Positions 19,083 through 31,939 of a DNA stretch of 64,000 nt are shown here, piece by piece; within the stretch, counting starts at the first letter, position 1, and each line of letters begins with the position of its first letter. The notes beneath the pieces were generated by a model, which did not search any database, was not told where the DNA came from, and saw only the letters and a list, made by a program, of their open reading frames with translations. Source of the DNA: Myxococcota bacterium (GTDB lineage Bacteria > Myxococcota_A > UBA796 > GCA-2862545); contig JBCCQY010000029.1 of NCBI GenBank assembly GCA_039208735.1, positions 1 through 64,000 of the forward strand, read 5' to 3'. The position numbers were made by a program, and so were the translations under genes.

Positions 19083-22000
19083 TCACGGGTGTTTTCCTTT
19101 CGGACTTCGGCCGCCAGAAGGGAATCTTTCGGCTCCATTTTGCGTGTTTGGCACGGTGTTCGACGGAAGGATGCTTCGCGGCTCCACTCGTTGGCCTAGG
19201 TCGATCTGGGGTCCGAAGACGGTGAGGCCCACCGCGTACCCGATCACGACGAAGAGAACCCCTACCACAAAGGCAATGCCGTGGGTGAGGAGCGGGTGCG
19301 GACCTGCTCCTTTGGCCACGGCCACCGGTTGGGCCGGGAGTGGGGTTGGACCGTCTACCAGATCGACGAGTGCGGTCACCGACGGTCCTGCGATGAGGGG
19401 CCCAATTGCGACCTCAATGCCCTCATCACGGAGGTCGTTCTTGAGTTGGACCGCGAGCAGTGAGTCCAGCCCTTGCTCGATCAAGGGCCGGTCGGGTTCG
19501 ACGGAACGGCCCAACAGCGTACTGGCTAAGCGGATGATCGTGGCTTTGGTGTCGGGCGCTTCGCCAGGGACCACGTCGGAATTGGGAAGGTCGACAGGTT
19601 GGGGTGCCGCCACCAGCGATTCAAGCAAGGCGGGGCGACGGCCGGCGTAGAACGTGTCGACGAGCTTGGTCCAATCGACGTTGAGAAATGCGAGCTGCGT
19701 CGGGGCTTCGGGCCCGAGTTGGTCGATCGCGGCGATGCCTTCGCGAAGATCGATGGGGGTGAGTCCCACCTGGGCTTGCCGATCGGCATGATCCTGGCCG
19801 AGACGGGCGGCCATGCCGACGGTCGCCCACGGGCCCCACTCGACGATGGTGACGGGCCACCCCTCCGATCGGAGCGCATGGGCGTAGCCGGTCAGCCAGG
19901 CATTGGCCGCGGCATAGTTGGCTTGACCCCTTGAACCTAGCCGTGCGGCTCCTGCACCCATGAACACCAAGCGTTGGGGACGGGTGGTGCCGAGGGCCTC
20001 GATGAGGTGTTGGGCACCTCGCACCTTGGGATGCGCCACCAAGGCGAGGCTTTCGGGGGTTTGCGCAGCGAGCGCCCGGTCATCGAGTTGGCCTGCGCCG
20101 TGCACCACGACATCGAGCGTCGTCTCGCCAATGGCTTTTCGAAGGATGTCGACGGCCGACGGGTCACCAAGATCGGCCTGCACCACCGTCACGGTGCCGC
20201 CCTTGGTTGTGTACGCGTCGAGTTCCGCCTGCACCTTGGCCGAGGGCGCGCTGCGGCCGACCAAGATGAGGTGGGGCGTACCCTCGCGGGCCCACGATCG
20301 CGCGATGGCGAACCCGATGCCCCGCAGGCCACCCGTGATCAGTGCAGGGCCTACGGGCGCTGCCGGAGTGCCGCCGACCGAGGTCTGCTCAAGGCGGGAC
20401 ACCCACCGTTCGCCATTGGTGAAGGCCTGCTCGGGTTCCGTGTCATCGGCAAAGCCAGCCAGCCATCGGGCTGCGTCAAGATCGTCCGGGCTTCGATCGA
20501 CGGCGACGATGGAAAGGTGAGGCGCTTCGGCGCGAATGCTCCTTACCAGACCGTACACCCCTGCGTGCTCGGGCGTCGTGACGGGGCGATCGGCAGGCAG
20601 GGCCCCAGACGTCAGCAGGTACATGGCCGGTGCATCGGCCCGTTCGGCGAGGGGCTGGGCCACCTGAAGGACGTTCACCACGGCGTCTTCGCCCGCCACC
20701 ACCACCACGGCATTGGCATGGTCGAGGTCGTCCACGATCACCCGTTCTTGATCGCGGAGGGCCGTAGCGAGTGCGTCGGCGGCAGCGCCAGCTCCGATCA
20801 GGTGCCAACGTCCTTCGGGGAGTTCGCCAGGACGAACCGAGGATCGCACGAAGCGCGAGGCATACCAATGTTCGGGCGGCGCGGCCCGTGGCGGATCCAC
20901 GGGAGGCAGGGTGGTGGGCTCGGGAAGCCAGCAGCGCACGCGCTCGAAGGGGTACGTCGGCAGGGCCCGGGGGGGAGCCGGCGCGGGATTCACCGTCCGC
21001 CAGTCGAGTGTCGAACCGCTCGCCCACAGCAGTGCTTGGGCCGCCCGCAGGGTGCTGGCTTCCTCATGATCGCGGGACAGGGAGGCGGCGGCGGTGCCAG
21101 CACCCTGCCGACGGGCCATCGTGATGAGCTGGTGGTGGGGGCCGATCTCAAGGAACCGATGAGGCCCTTGCTCGGCCAGTGTCGCGAGGTTCTCGGCAAA
21201 CCGAACCGGGGCTCGCACGAGTTGGCGCCAGTAGGCCGGGGTGACCAGTGCCTGAGGATCCGCGAACCCGCCATCGCGGTTGCACAACACAGGAAGCGTA
21301 GGCGGTTGCCAACGAACGGAGGCCGCCTCCGCTTCGAACGCGTCGAGCATCGGCTCCATCAATGCGCTGTGGAAGGCGTGGGACACCGTAAGCGGCCGTG
21401 ACTCCACCCCGCGCTCTTGCAACTGCTGGGCAAGCGCGTCGAGGTCGCTTTGGGGGCCCGAGAGCACCACCTCTTCGGTGTGGTTGACGGCCCCCACCCC
21501 GACCTGGGGGAAGGCGGAAACGTCCTTTGCGACCTCGGCCTCTGGGGCAAAGACGGCCAGCATTCCTCCGCCGGCGGGCAGGGCTCCCATGAGTCGCCCG
21601 CGGGCTGCGCAAAGGCGAACGCCCTCTTCGAAGGACAGGACGCCCGCAGTACAGGCGGCGGCGACCTGACCGATGCTGTGGCCAGCGACCGCCGAGGGGT
21701 GCACGCCCCAACTTCGCCACACCTCGACCAGCGCCATTTGCAAGATGAAGAGGGCGGGTTGGGTGTAGGTCGTGTCGTGGATGCGCGGGTCGTCGTGGGG
21801 CCAGATCGCGCTTAGCGGCTCGGGAAGCAGCGGGTCGGCGATGGCAAGGCCCTCTTGCACCACCCGCTGGAACGTCGGGTGCTCAAAACCCAGACCCATG
21901 CGGGGATACTGACTGCCCTGGCCGGTGAACAACCACACCAGGGGGGCTTCGTCTCCGATGGAGCGCCGCACGGCCACACCGGGACGCAATGGGCCTCGCT

Positions 22001-25000
22001 TCGGAGGCGTGCCGGTGATGATCGCGTCAAGGCCGGCTCGAGCCGTTGTGGCATCGGTGGCGACGAACGCCGCCCGTTCCGCGAGGCGACGTCGGGTGGT
22101 CGCCGACGCGTCGGCCAGCCCCGCCCAGGCCTCGGGTTCGGTATCCAAGGCTTGGCGCAGTAGGGTGGCCAACCGTTGAAGGGCCGTCTCGGTCCGGGCC
22201 GACAAAGGCCACACTCGAGGCGCGGCTTCGACGCTGGGTTCGGGCGGGCGATCGACGGCTTCTACCACGAGGTGAGCGTTCGTTCCGGCCAGGCCGAAGC
22301 TCGAGATCCCGGCCCGGCGAGGACCGGTCCACGGGGTGGGTTGGGTCGCGACGGAAAATCCGCGAGCTTCGAGCTGTAAAGCGGGGTTTGGTGTGGTGAA
22401 GTGCAGGTTGGGCGGCAGCGTGTCGTGTTGCAACGCCAGGACCACCTTGAGTAGGCTCGCAGCACCCGCGGCCACTTCCAGATGACCGACGTTCGTCTTG
22501 ACCGCACCGAGGTGCAAAGGCGCTTCGGGCGTGCGGGTGCCGTAGACCTCCGCGATGGCCCCAACTTCGATGGGGTCGCCAAGTCGCGTTCCGGTGCCGT
22601 GGGCCTCGATGTAGCCAACATCGTGAGGGGTCAGTCCAGCATCGTCGAGGGCCCGTTGCAAGACCTCTTGTTGGGCGGGGCCGTTGGGCACGGTGAGGCC
22701 CGCACTTGCCCCGTCGTGGCCGATCGCCGAGCCTCGAATCACGGCGAGGATCGGCAATCCTTCGGCCTCGGCCTTCGATCGAGGCGCGAGCAGGAACATT
22801 CCACACCCCTCGGACCGTCCGTACCCCCCCGCATCCGCGTCGAAGGTGCGGCAGCGGCCGTCCGCCGAGAGTGCCGTGAGCTGGCTTACGTAGACGAAGT
22901 GCTCGGACGACAGCATCAGGTGCACGCCGCCGGCGAGCGCCATCGTGCATTCCCCACGACGGAGCGCCTGCACGGCGAGGTGAACCGCGACGAGCGACGA
23001 GCTGCACGCGGTGTTCAGGGCGAGGTTGGGGCCCCGCAATCCGAGGGTGTACGCCACGCGACCCGACACGAACGCACCGAGGCTCCCCGTCCCCGACCAG
23101 GCATCGCGGTACAGCGGCACTCCGGGCTCGGCAAATCGCTGGAGGTACCCCGAGTCACCGACCCCTACAAAGACCCCAGTAGGGCTTCCCGCAAGGTCTT
23201 CCATGGGAATGCGCGCCCGCTCGAGTGCTTCGTAGCTGACCTCAAGGAGCATGCGTTGTTGGGGGTCCATGCTGGCCGCTTCGCGAGGCGAAATACCGAA
23301 AAACGCGGGATCGAACCCTTCCACCCAGTCCTGATCGACGAAGCCCGCCTCACGGGCGTAGGTCTTCGAGGGCGTGGCCGGATTGGGGTCGTAGAGCGCG
23401 TCGTGGTCCCAGCGAGCCTGTGGGACGGCACCCATCGGGTCCCGACCTTCCACCAGGAGCTGCCAAAACGACTCGGGGTCGTGGGCGCCGCCGGGCATAC
23501 GGCACGCCATCGCAACGATGGCGATGTCATCGTTCGCCTCGGAAACCGGGGGCGCGATGACCGTGGGTGCGGGTTCCGCCTCGGGCGCAGGAGGCGGCGG
23601 GGTCAGCGCCCGCGCGAGTTGGTCGACCGTCGGGTGATCGAAAGCCAGGGTGAGCGGGAGGTCAGGATCGAAGTCCCTTTGGAGGCGCTGGGCGAGTTCG
23701 ACGGCCATGAGGCTGTCAAACCCAAGATCGAAGAAGCCCGTGTGGTGCGTCACATCGGAAACGTCGGCCCGAAGGATGCTCGCGACGAGTTCGGTCAGGC
23801 TTTGCAGGAGGGCGCTGGGACGTTCAGCCTCGGGTAGCGCATCGAGGCGTGCGCGAAGGGCGGGGGACGAGGCAAGCACCCGAGACGCGGGCACCCGCGA
23901 AGCGACCAACGCAGGAGGCATCGCCCCCGCAGTCGCGAAGGCGCCCCAATCCACGTCGAGGACGCCGAAGGCCGATAGATCGGAGGCGAAGGCCACATCG
24001 AGGAAGCGCCGGGCGATGGCCGGGCGTAGCGGGGTGATCCCGTCGTCTTCCCAGCGCAAGTGGCTCGCCAGTCCGTCGTCGGCCCACGGACCCCATTGCA
24101 CGGCCACCGCGGGTTGCCCTCGGGACCGTCGGGCGGCCGCGAGGCGGTCGAGGAGGGCGTTGGCCGCGGCGTAGGTGGCTTGTCCGGGGCGACCCACCAG
24201 CGACGCGGCCGACGAGAACAGTACGAAGTGATCGAGGTCGGGCAACGCGGCGTCGAGGTTCAGGGCGCCGCGAACCTTGCCGGGCCACACGACTTCGAGG
24301 TCGTCGGGCGTCCAGGTGGCCAATGCGCGGTCCGCAAGGCGACCTGCGGCGTGAATCACGGTGCGCACGGGGGGCGCCCCATCGGCGTTGAGGTCGGCCA
24401 GCACAGCTTCGATGGCCCTCGGATCCGATACGTCGCAGGGCCGAACCTGCACGCGGTCGGGGAACGCCGTCATCAAGTCGGCAGCCGCCTCCTCGGTGCT
24501 GTGCCGTCCCGAAAGCACGACCAGCGGAGCACCGGCTTCGAGTACGTGGCGGGCGGCGTGTTGTCCGAGGGCTCCGAGGCCCCCCGTGATCCACACGGAT
24601 CCGCTGAACGAGGCGGGCTCGGGTGAGGGAAGAGGGTGTTCAACCAGTTCGAGCCGGAACATGGCACCGTCGCGCACCCCATACTGGCCCTCCGGGCAGC
24701 CTGCCGCGAGGAGCAGCTCGATGAACGGCAGCGGATCTGTGTCGTAGGGCACGTCCAGGCGGGCGAGGGGCGGTGTTCCAAGTTCGAGGGCGGCCACTTG
24801 GCCCAGACCTACCCAGGCTGCCGACGCCAGGCCCGCAGGGTCATCGTCATCGTGAAGGGCCCCGCGCGTCACCCACAGCAATGGCGTGCGGCGTCGCATG
24901 GCGGTGGTCAGTGCCCGGATGGTGGTCGCGAAGGGGGCCCGGATCCCGTCCACCAGATCGCCCGAACCGTCGAGATCGAGTGCACAAAGCACCACAAGGG

Positions 25001-28000
25001 CGGTGATTTCCTCGTCTGGGTCGGCCGAGGCGATGCGAGCGCGGTCTCCGAGCCGTTCAACGAGGCGGGCGCCCACCCCGTTCGCATCGAGCCACACGCC
25101 AACCGTCCCGTTCGCAGGTTGGGCGGGGACCGGCGGCCGCCACGGCTGAAGAACGGCTCGGTAGCCCCAGGCAGGCAAGGGCACGACGGGTGTCTCGTCG
25201 ACCTCATCGACCCAGAACCGCAGTTGGGCGCGGGGCGTCGGAGGTAGTGAACGCCGTTGGGCGCCATCGGGAGCGAGGGCCCCAAGGTCGACGGGCAAGC
25301 CGCGATTCCAGAGTCGCCCTGCGGCTTCGAGGAAGGTTGAAACCTCGTGGGCCTGCCGGCGCAGGGAACCCACGAAGCGCAATTCGGGGCGGTGGGGCAC
25401 GGCGCGGGCGCTCGCAGCGGTCAGGACCGGGTGGTTGCCGAGTTCCAGGAACGTACGGTGGCCGGCGTCGATCAGGGTCTGCAGGCCCTTGGCAAAGCGG
25501 ACCGGCTCCCGCAGGTGACGTCGCCAATGGGCGGGGTCGCACAGCCTGTCGGACTCGAGGTCGCCAGTGACGTTGTCGACGATGGAGAGGCGAGGGGGCG
25601 ACAGCGGCACGTCTTCGGTGATCCGCTCGAAGGCATCGAGGATGGGCTCCATCAGCGGTGAATGTGCAGCGTGACTGATCGCCAACCGGCGAACCTCTGC
25701 GCCCTGGCGTTCAGCGGTGGTGACGACGGCTTCCACGGCTTCCCGTCGCCCACTGACGACGATCTCGGTGGGACCGTTGATGGCCGCGATCGAGACCTCG
25801 TCGACCAACCAGTCTTGGACCTGCTCCTCCGAGGCGAAGAGCGCTGCCATGGCGCCGATACGCGGCTCGGCGCTCATGAGGTGGGCCCGTCGCACGATCC
25901 AGCGGGTGGCGTGGGGCAGGTCGACCACTCCGGCGAGGCAGGCCGCGACGAATTGACCGGTGCTGTGGCCAATGACCGCTCGCGGTCGAATGCCCACCGA
26001 TGCCCACAATCGGGCCAGCGCCATCTGCAGCGCGAACATCGCGGGCTGGGTGTAGCCCAAGTCGTGAAGGGCAGGCTCATCGCCGAACATCACCTCGAGC
26101 AAGGGACGCTCGAGGTCAGCGGAAGCGAGCGTGGTTATTTCGTCGAGGGCGTCGCGAAACACGGGGAACCGGTTGTACAGGCCTCGACCCATGCCCGGCG
26201 TCTGGGGGCCCGCTCCGGTGCAAAGGAACACCACGCCAGGGTCGTCGTCGATTTCATCGACGAGCCAACGAGGATGGGGCCCCTCGAGTTCGCTGCGATC
26301 CTCGGTGTCGAGCACCAGCGCCCCACGGTGGCGCAGTTCCGACCGCCCCGTGGCCTGGGTGAATGCCACATCCCCGAGCGGATCTGAGGTGGTGGAGAGC
26401 TGACGCGCGGCCTGGACCGCGAGATCTGCGGTGCGGGCCGACCAGTTCACCAGGACTGCGCCGGCCCGTGGGCTGCGTGGCGGTAAGGTCGGCGCAGGCT
26501 CGATGATCACGTGGGCATTGGTGCCCGAAAGCCCAAAGGCGCTCACGCCGGCCCGACGCACGGGTGCGGCCCATGGCTCACGGGCGATGGGAATGCGTAG
26601 GGCGGGGAATCGATCGAGTCCCAGGTCAGGGTTGGGACGCTCAAACCAAAGCTGTGGAGCGACTTCGCCGCGGCTCACCGTGAGCATGGCTTCGAGCAGG
26701 CCCACCAGACCAGCCGCGGCTTCGCAATGGCCGAGGTTGGCCTTGACCGACCGGAGGTACAGCGGGGCCTCGGCCGGTCGATCGGAGGCAAACACCTCGC
26801 CGATCGCGCCTACCTCGATGGGGTCCCCAAGTTTGGTGCCCGTCCCGTGGCACTGGATCAGGCCGATCGCATCGGCCTTTAGCCCTGCATCGGCCAGCGC
26901 TCGGCGCAGCACGTCTTGTTGGGCCTCTGCGTTGGGTACGGTGAGGCCTGCACTCGCGCCATCGTGGTTGATCGCGGTGCCTCGAATGACTCCTCGGATC
27001 GGGTCCCCCGCGGCCAGCGCATCGGAGAGCCGCTTGAGCACGACCACGGCACACCCTTCGGCGCGCACATAGCCGTCGGCTCGATGGTCGAACGGCTTGC
27101 AGTGCCCGTCGGGGGCAAGTGCGGCGAGGCCTTCGATCCATGCGGTGGACCGGGGGCTTGGCATGGCGTGAACGCCGCCGGCCAACGCGTGGTCAACTTG
27201 GCGGGACCGAAGCGCCTGGACGGCCAGATGCACGGCCACCAGTGACGAACTGCACGCCGTATTGACGGCTAAGGCGGGTCCTCGACATCCCAGCGCGTAG
27301 GCGATGCGGCCCGCTGCGAAGCTCGATTCGTTGCCCGTGCCCGCCCACGGTTCGTCGCGCTCCGGTGAAAAACGGGCTCCGTAGTCACTCGGCCCGATGC
27401 CTACGTAGGTGCCGACGGCCTGATCACGTAGGCTCGACGTGGCGATTGCCGCATCCTCGATCGCATCCCACACCACGTCGAGAAGCACGCGTTGCTGCGG
27501 ATCGAGCGATTCCGCTTCGCGAGGGGAGATGCCAAACGAAAGCGGGTCGAACTGGTCTAAATCATGGAGCCAACCGCCCGGTCGGTCGCCCAACGCGGCT
27601 TGCCGCCAGGCGGGAGGGGCACCGACCACGTCTTGGCCTTCGCAGACCAGCTGCCAGAGGGCTTCCAGGTCGCGGATGCCCCCGGGGAGTCGGCAGGCCG
27701 CGCCGACGATGGCGATGGCATCGTCGTCTTCGGGCTCCGAGGGGGCCGATGGTTCGGGCTCCTCCACCTCGGGAGCGGGCTTCGGCGCCATTCGGTCGAA
27801 AACCGCGTCCGTCAGACGATCGAGCGACGGATGGTCAAAGGCCCAGGTCGCGGGAATGGCCTGCCCTAGATCGGCCGAAATGCGTCGGGTCAGCTGGACC
27901 GCCATCAGGCTGTCCAGGCCGAGGTCCACAAAGCCCTGGGTGCGGTCGATCGGCGCGTCGGGTGCTGCCCCGCGGACGAAGTTTACGTGTCGGCGGAGCT

Positions 28001-31000
28001 GAGCTTCGATGGTCCGGCGCCGCTCATCGTCGGCAATCGTAGACCAATCGGGGATCGACTCGGACCGGGGCGTTCCCAACCGCGAGAGGGGAGCGTCAAC
28101 GGGGCTGAACGCGCGGCCATCGCCGGCGACCACCACCGGGTCGGGGACCGGTCCCGCCGCCAAACGAAGGGCAATGGCGAAGGCGTCGCCAGCGGGAATC
28201 GGGTCGACGCCCATGGCCGCCCAGCGCGCTTCTACGGCGGGATCGACATCGGCCATGCCAAGCTTGTCGAGCGGACCAAAGCTGATCGCACTCACCGGGG
28301 CGCCCGCCTTCCGCCGCGAGGCGGCGAACGCCCGGACAAAGGCGTTTCCGGCCGCATACGCTCCCTGGCCAGGATTGGGAATCGCCGTCGACGCAGAACC
28401 AAAGAGCAGGAGCCGGAACCCTCGCAGTTCAACCGCTTGGGCGACCGCTCGGGTGCCGTGGACCTTCGGAGTCAGGCGTCGCAGCGCGTGGTCCGGGTCG
28501 AAGGTCGCCAGTGGGCCATCGACGGTCTGGCCCGCGAGGTGGAACACCACGGTGCCGTCGGGCAGCCCCGACACGATCTTCTGAACCGCAACGGGGTCGC
28601 TCACGTCGGCCGGACGGATTTCGATGGTGGCACCGCGGGCGCGGAGGGCTGCGATGCGGGTCCCGTCCGAGGCTTCCCGCCTTGACGTGAGGATGATCCG
28701 TGGGGTCCCGCGTGCCACCAACCAGTCGGCGAGTGCGAGGCCGACCGCCCCCAAACCCCCCGTGATCCACGCGGCCGGCAGCGACGCGGGCTCGATCGGA
28801 TCGCCTGACCACGCGGTCGCGGCTGGGCGATAGCTTAGGGTTTCCCTCGTTCCGTTCGCGAATCGGACCCATCCGCGGCCCGATTGGGTGAGTTCAGCCC
28901 GCAGCGCTTCGGGGGAGGCCGGGCCATCCACCAGGGTGCCGGCGCGTTCCGGCTCTTCCGCGGCCAGCGTTCGGGCGAACCCCTGGAGCACGGCGGAGCC
29001 TGGATCCTCCTGTTCGTTGGATCGAAAGTGGAGGCGGCCGGGTGCGTCAAGGGCCTGACGGACGCGGTGCAGCGTATCGGTGAGGGTGGTCGCAGCGATG
29101 ACCAAGACGTCGTCCGCCTCATCGAGGGGGGCGAGTCGGGCGCCGGAGGCAGCGAGCTGGTCTGCGAGCGTGTCGTCGCCCAAAACGGCAACGGTTCGTC
29201 CAGGACGACCCTCCGGAGCGGGATGAGGACGCCACACGGGTTCCCACGTCCATGCCGCGTGGCTCGCGGGGGCCGGAGCGGGGGCCGCGTCGCGCCAAAA
29301 CCGTTCCGGTCGACGTGCGGTAGGCGGGAAGTCGGACCGCTGGCCGGTCGAAGGCCCGAAATCCACATCGAGTCCCGCCGTCCATAGCGAGGCCATCGCT
29401 TCGAGCAGCGCGTCAGGCCCATCCCGATCGGGGTGCAGGGTTGGCACGAAGCGCGAACCGACGGGGGGATCTGCACGAAGGGCCATGCCGGTCAGCACCG
29501 GCCGGGGGCCGACTTCGAGGAACAACCGCCAGTCATCGGCAAGGGCGGCGGCCAGCGCCGGGCCGAACTGGACTGCAGAGCGGGTGGCTTGGCGCCAGTA
29601 GGCCGGTTCCCGCCAACGTTCGGCCATCGGCGCGCCGTCGAGCGTCGAATACACGGCGAGGTTCGGTCGGGCCGAGTCTGCGAGCCGTGCGGCCTCGACG
29701 ACCGACTGCAGCTCCCGCAGCATCGGCTCCATCCGAGCGCTGTGGAAGGCGTGGCTGACCGTGAGTTCTTTCGCGCGAACCCCTTCTGAGGTGACGGCCT
29801 GGACCAACGCCGAAACGCCAGCCTGATCACCCGAAATTACGGTTTCGGCAGGTCCATTCACCGCCGCAAGTTCGACGTCCGATAGGTGGAGGTCGGCCAG
29901 ACGAGCCGTCACCTCGGCCGCAGGAAGGAACACCGCCGCCATCGCTCCGCCGCGGGGAAGTGCCGACATCAGCGCACCCCGTGCGACCACGATGCGGGCC
30001 GCTTCTTCTCTCGACCAGAGACCCGCGACGGTCGCGGCCGTGATCTCGCCGACCGAGTGTCCGATCGCGGCGGCCGGCCGGATGCCGCGCAAGGCGAACC
30101 AGTCCACCAGCGCGAGCTGCAGGGCGAAGATCGCGGGTTGGGTGAATCCGGTGTCGTCGAGGGGGGCGGTTCCGGTGGGGTCGAAGAGAACGGGGCGCAA
30201 GGGTTCGGGCAGCCAGGGATCTACGATGGTGCAGATCGCATCCAGCGCCTGGCGGAAGTCGGCGTCCGCTCCGTACAGGCGGCGGCCCATCCCCGCCCAC
30301 TGGGCTCCCTGGCCGGTAAACAAGAACACCGCCGCGGCATCGGGGTCGGCCCGGCCGACGAAGCGTCCCGAGTCGGGATCGGTTGGGGCGCGCAGGGCGT
30401 CTCGGACCGCGGAAAGGCTCGAGCTGACCACAGCCAGGCGCTCGCGATGGTCGGTACGGCTCCGTTGCGCGGTCGCGGCGGCATCGACGAGCCGTACGTC
30501 GGGCGGATCCAGCGCCTCGGCCCACGCTTCGGCCGTGCGCTGCAAGCGATCGGTGTCTGGGGCGGACAACGGAAACACCAGGGTGGGGGTCGCCGCCGCG
30601 GGTTCGTTCGAAGTTGGCCGAGCCGGTGGAGGTCCGAGTACGACGTGGGCGTTGGTGCCCGACAAGCCAAAGGCGCTCACGCCGCCGTACTGCGGGTCAG
30701 GCCACGGCTGGCCCCCGCGAGGCACCGTGATCACGCCGTCGGGCAAGCCGAGGCGCGGGTTGAGTGCCTCGGCATGCAGATGAGGCGGGATGGCTTGCCG
30801 ATCAAGGCAAAGCACCATTTTCAGCAGTCCGGCGATCCCCGCTGCGGTTTCAAGGTGCCCCACATTCGTCTTGATGCTGCCGACGGGGAGCGGCGCTTCA
30901 CGCCCGGCGAACACCGTTCGGAGTGCTTCGACCTCGACGGGATCCCCCAACGGGGTGCCCGTTCCGTGTGCTTCGACGTAGCCGATGTCGTGAGGCGCGA

Positions 31001-31874
31001 GGCCTGCGTCGTTGAGTGCCTGCCGGATGACCTGCCGCTGGGCCTGGGCGGAGGGCGCGGTGAGCCCGTTGCTACGGCCATCCTGGTTCACCGCAGCGCC
31101 GTGGATCACCCCGACGATAGGATCTCCGTCACGCACCGCGTCCGACAACCGCTTGAGGGCGACCACCCCGACGCCTTCTCCGCGGCCGTAGCCATCCGCG
31201 CTGGCGCTGAACGTCTTGCATCGCCCGTCATTGGCCAAGGCGCCCAAGGCTTCGAAGTACGCGCTTGGCATGGCGGAAAGCACTACGTTCGCGCCCCCCG
31301 CCAAGGCCAGGTCTACGGTCCCGTCCCGGAGGGCCCGCATGGCGAGCCACACCGCGACCAGTGAGGATGAACAGGCCGTATCGACCGCCATCGCGGGGCC
31401 TTGCAGCCCCAGGGCGTAGCTGATGCGCCCGGCCGCGACCGACAACAGCGACCCCGTCCCCGACCAGGGGGTGAGACGACTCGGGTCCGAGCCCAGGAAG
31501 TGTCGGCGTCCGTAGTCCGAAAGCCCCAACCCGACGTACACCCCGGTGGCCGAGCGCTCGAGCCCCTTGATCGACTGGGCACCGCGCTCGAGCGCTTCAT
31601 GAGCGGCGTCGAGGAGGAGCCGTTGAGCGGGGTCCATCTCGACTGCTTCGCGGGGCGCAATGCCGAAGAACGACGCGTCGAAGCTGGCGACGTCGTCGAG
31701 GTAGCTGCCTCGGCGCAGTTGGGGGTCGCCCCGATCCGCGGGGGCCGGCGTGATGAAGTCGCGACCCGCTTCGAGCGCGCTCCACAGTCCATCTAGGTCC
31801 CGGATGGTTCCGGGCAGGCGCAGCCCCACTCCAATAATGGCGACGGCGCGGTCCTCACTGCCTCGATCGTGCAT
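19083..31874 (-). CDS. Trimodular type I polyketide synthase (KS-AT-KR-ACP)x3 with C-terminal transmembrane segment
   Basis: Three KS (TACSSS near 31370, 27255, 23005, each with HGTGT). Three AT (GHSVG/HAFH, GHSTG/HAAH, GHSIG/HAFH). Three KR (ITGGLG/ITGGLR; GQxxYAAxN). Three ACP (GLDSL, GFDSL, GLDSL). No DH, ER or TE motifs seen. Confidence 0.96.
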   Translation of the reverse strand: MHDRGSEDRAVAIIGVGLRLPGTIRDLDGLWSALEAGRDFITPAPADRGDPQLRRGSYLDDVASFDASFFGIAPREAVEMDPAQRLLLDAAHEALERGAQSIKGLERSATGVYVGLGLSDYGRRHFLGSDPSRLTPWSGTGSLLSVAAGRISYALGLQGPAMAVDTACSSSLVAVWLAMRALRDGTVDLALAGGANVVLSAMPSAYFEALGALANDGRCKTFSASADGYGRGEGVGVVALKRLSDAVRDGDPIVGVIHGAAVNQDGRSNGLTAPSAQAQRQVIRQALNDAGLAPHDIGYVEAHGTGTPLGDPVEVEALRTVFAGREAPLPVGSIKTNVGHLETAAGIAGLLKMVLCLDRQAIPPHLHAEALNPRLGLPDGVITVPRGGQPWPDPQYGGVSAFGLSGTNAHVVLGPPPARPTSNEPAAATPTLVFPLSAPDTDRLQRTAEAWAEALDPPDVRLVDAAATAQRSRTDHRERLAVVSSSLSAVRDALRAPTDPDSGRFVGRADPDAAAVFLFTGQGAQWAGMGRRLYGADADFRQALDAICTIVDPWLPEPLRPVLFDPTGTAPLDDTGFTQPAIFALQLALVDWFALRGIRPAAAIGHSVGEITAATVAGLWSREEAARIVVARGALMSALPRGGAMAAVFLPAAEVTARLADLHLSDVELAAVNGPAETVISGDQAGVSALVQAVTSEGVRAKELTVSHAFHSARMEPMLRELQSVVEAARLADSARPNLAVYSTLDGAPMAERWREPAYWRQATRSAVQFGPALAAALADDWRLFLEVGPRPVLTGMALRADPPVGSRFVPTLHPDRDGPDALLEAMASLWTAGLDVDFGPSTGQRSDFPPTARRPERFWRDAAPAPAPASHAAWTWEPVWRPHPAPEGRPGRTVAVLGDDTLADQLAASGARLAPLDEADDVLVIAATTLTDTLHRVRQALDAPGRLHFRSNEQEDPGSAVLQGFARTLAAEEPERAGTLVDGPASPEALRAELTQSGRGWVRFANGTRETLSYRPAATAWSGDPIEPASLPAAWITGGLGAVGLALADWLVARGTPRIILTSRREASDGTRIAALRARGATIEIRPADVSDPVAVQKIVSGLPDGTVVFHLAGQTVDGPLATFDPDHALRRLTPKVHGTRAVAQAVELRGFRLLLFGSASTAIPNPGQGAYAAGNAFVRAFAASRRKAGAPVSAISFGPLDKLGMADVDPAVEARWAAMGVDPIPAGDAFAIALRLAAGPVPDPVVVAGDGRAFSPVDAPLSRLGTPRSESIPDWSTIADDERRRTIEAQLRRHVNFVRGAAPDAPIDRTQGFVDLGLDSLMAVQLTRRISADLGQAIPATWAFDHPSLDRLTDAVFDRMAPKPAPEVEEPEPSAPSEPEDDDAIAIVGAACRLPGGIRDLEALWQLVCEGQDVVGAPPAWRQAALGDRPGGWLHDLDQFDPLSFGISPREAESLDPQQRVLLDVVWDAIEDAAIATSSLRDQAVGTYVGIGPSDYGARFSPERDEPWAGTGNESSFAAGRIAYALGCRGPALAVNTACSSSLVAVHLAVQALRSRQVDHALAGGVHAMPSPRSTAWIEGLAALAPDGHCKPFDHRADGYVRAEGCAVVVLKRLSDALAAGDPIRGVIRGTAINHDGASAGLTVPNAEAQQDVLRRALADAGLKADAIGLIQCHGTGTKLGDPIEVGAIGEVFASDRPAEAPLYLRSVKANLGHCEAAAGLVGLLEAMLTVSRGEVAPQLWFERPNPDLGLDRFPALRIPIAREPWAAPVRRAGVSAFGLSGTNAHVIIEPAPTLPPRSPRAGAVLVNWSARTADLAVQAARQLSTTSDPLGDVAFTQATGRSELRHRGALVLDTEDRSELEGPHPRWLVDEIDDDPGVVFLCTGAGPQTPGMGRGLYNRFPVFRDALDEITTLASADLERPLLEVMFGDEPALHDLGYTQPAMFALQMALARLWASVGIRPRAVIGHSTGQFVAACLAGVVDLPHATRWIVRRAHLMSAEPRIGAMAALFASEEQVQDWLVDEVSIAAINGPTEIVVSGRREAVEAVVTTAERQGAEVRRLAISHAAHSPLMEPILDAFERITEDVPLSPPRLSIVDNVTGDLESDRLCDPAHWRRHLREPVRFAKGLQTLIDAGHRTFLELGNHPVLTAASARAVPHRPELRFVGSLRRQAHEVSTFLEAAGRLWNRGLPVDLGALAPDGAQRRSLPPTPRAQLRFWVDEVDETPVVPLPAWGYRAVLQPWRPPVPAQPANGTVGVWLDANGVGARLVERLGDRARIASADPDEEITALVVLCALDLDGSGDLVDGIRAPFATTIRALTTAMRRRTPLLWVTRGALHDDDDPAGLASAAWVGLGQVAALELGTPPLARLDVPYDTDPLPFIELLLAAGCPEGQYGVRDGAMFRLELVEHPLPSPEPASFSGSVWITGGLGALGQHAARHVLEAGAPLVVLSGRHSTEEAAADLMTAFPDRVQVRPCDVSDPRAIEAVLADLNADGAPPVRTVIHAAGRLADRALATWTPDDLEVVWPGKVRGALNLDAALPDLDHFVLFSSAASLVGRPGQATYAAANALLDRLAAARRSRGQPAVAVQWGPWADDGLASHLRWEDDGITPLRPAIARRFLDVAFASDLSAFGVLDVDWGAFATAGAMPPALVASRVPASRVLASSPALRARLDALPEAERPSALLQSLTELVASILRADVSDVTHHTGFFDLGFDSLMAVELAQRLQRDFDPDLPLTLAFDHPTVDQLARALTPPPPAPEAEPAPTVIAPPVSEANDDIAIVAMACRMPGGAHDPESFWQLLVEGRDPMGAVPQARWDHDALYDPNPATPSKTYAREAGFVDQDWVEGFDPAFFGISPREAASMDPQQRMLLEVSYEALERARIPMEDLAGSPTGVFVGVGDSGYLQRFAEPGVPLYRDAWSGTGSLGAFVSGRVAYTLGLRGPNLALNTACSSSLVAVHLAVQALRRGECTMALAGGVHLMLSSEHFVYVSQLTALSADGRCRTFDADAGGYGRSEGCGMFLLAPRSKAEAEGLPILAVIRGSAIGHDGASAGLTVPNGPAQQEVLQRALDDAGLTPHDVGYIEAHGTGTRLGDPIEVGAIAEVYGTRTPEAPLHLGAVKTNVGHLEVAAGAASLLKVVLALQHDTLPPNLHFTTPNPALQLEARGFSVATQPTPWTGPRRAGISSFGLAGTNAHLVVEAVDRPPEPSVEAAPRVWPLSARTETALQRLATLLRQALDTEPEAWAGLADASATTRRRLAERAAFVATDATTARAGLDAIITGTPPKRGPLRPGVAVRRSIGDEAPLVWLFTGQGSQYPRMGLGFEHPTFQRVVQEGLAIADPLLPEPLSAIWPHDDPRIHDTTYTQPALFILQMALVEVWRSWGVHPSAVAGHSIGQVAAACTAGVLSFEEGVRLCAARGRLMGALPAGGGMLAVFAPEAEVAKDVSAFPQVGVGAVNHTEEVVLSGPQSDLDALAQQLQERGVESRPLTVSHAFHSALMEPMLDAFEAEAASVRWQPPTLPVLCNRDGGFADPQALVTPAYWRQLVRAPVRFAENLATLAEQGPHRFLEIGPHHQLITMARRQGAGTAAASLSRDHEEASTLRAAQALLWASGSTLDWRTVNPAPAPPRALPTYPFERVRCWLPEPTTLPPVDPPRAAPPEHWYASRFVRSSVRPGELPEGRWHLIGAGAAADALATALRDQERVIVDDLDHANAVVVVAGEDAVVNVLQVAQPLAERADAPAMYLLTSGALPADRPVTTPEHAGVYGLVRSIRAEAPHLSIVAVDRSPDDLDAARWLAGFADDTEPEQAFTNGERWVSRLEQTSVGGTPAAPVGPALITGGLRGIGFAIARSWAREGTPHLILVGRSAPSAKVQAELDAYTTKGGTVTVVQADLGDPSAVDILRKAIGETTLDVVVHGAGQLDDRALAAQTPESLALVAHPKVRGAQHLIEALGTTRPQRLVFMGAGAARLGSRGQANYAAANAWLTGYAHALRSEGWPVTIVEWGPWATVGMAARLGQDHADRQAQVGLTPIDLREGIAAIDQLGPEAPTQLAFLNVDWTKLVDTFYAGRRPALLESLVAAPQPVDLPNSDVVPGEAPDTKATIIRLASTLLGRSVEPDRPLIEQGLDSLLAVQLKNDLRDEGIEVAIGPLIAGPSVTALVDLVDGPTPLPAQPVAVAKGAGPHPLLTHGIAFVVGVLFVVIGYAVGLTVFGPQIDLGQRVEPRSILPSNTVPNTQNGAERFPSGGRSPKGKHP

Positions 31875-31939
31875 AGTGGTCGTTCGATCCCGTTTGGGAC
31901 GACATACCCGGGTTCAGGCGGGACGAACGCCTCCCGATT

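Noticed and set aside
19974..31364. Several 400-500 aa plus-strand ORFs inside the PKS
   Set aside because: Antisense shadows caused by codon bias.
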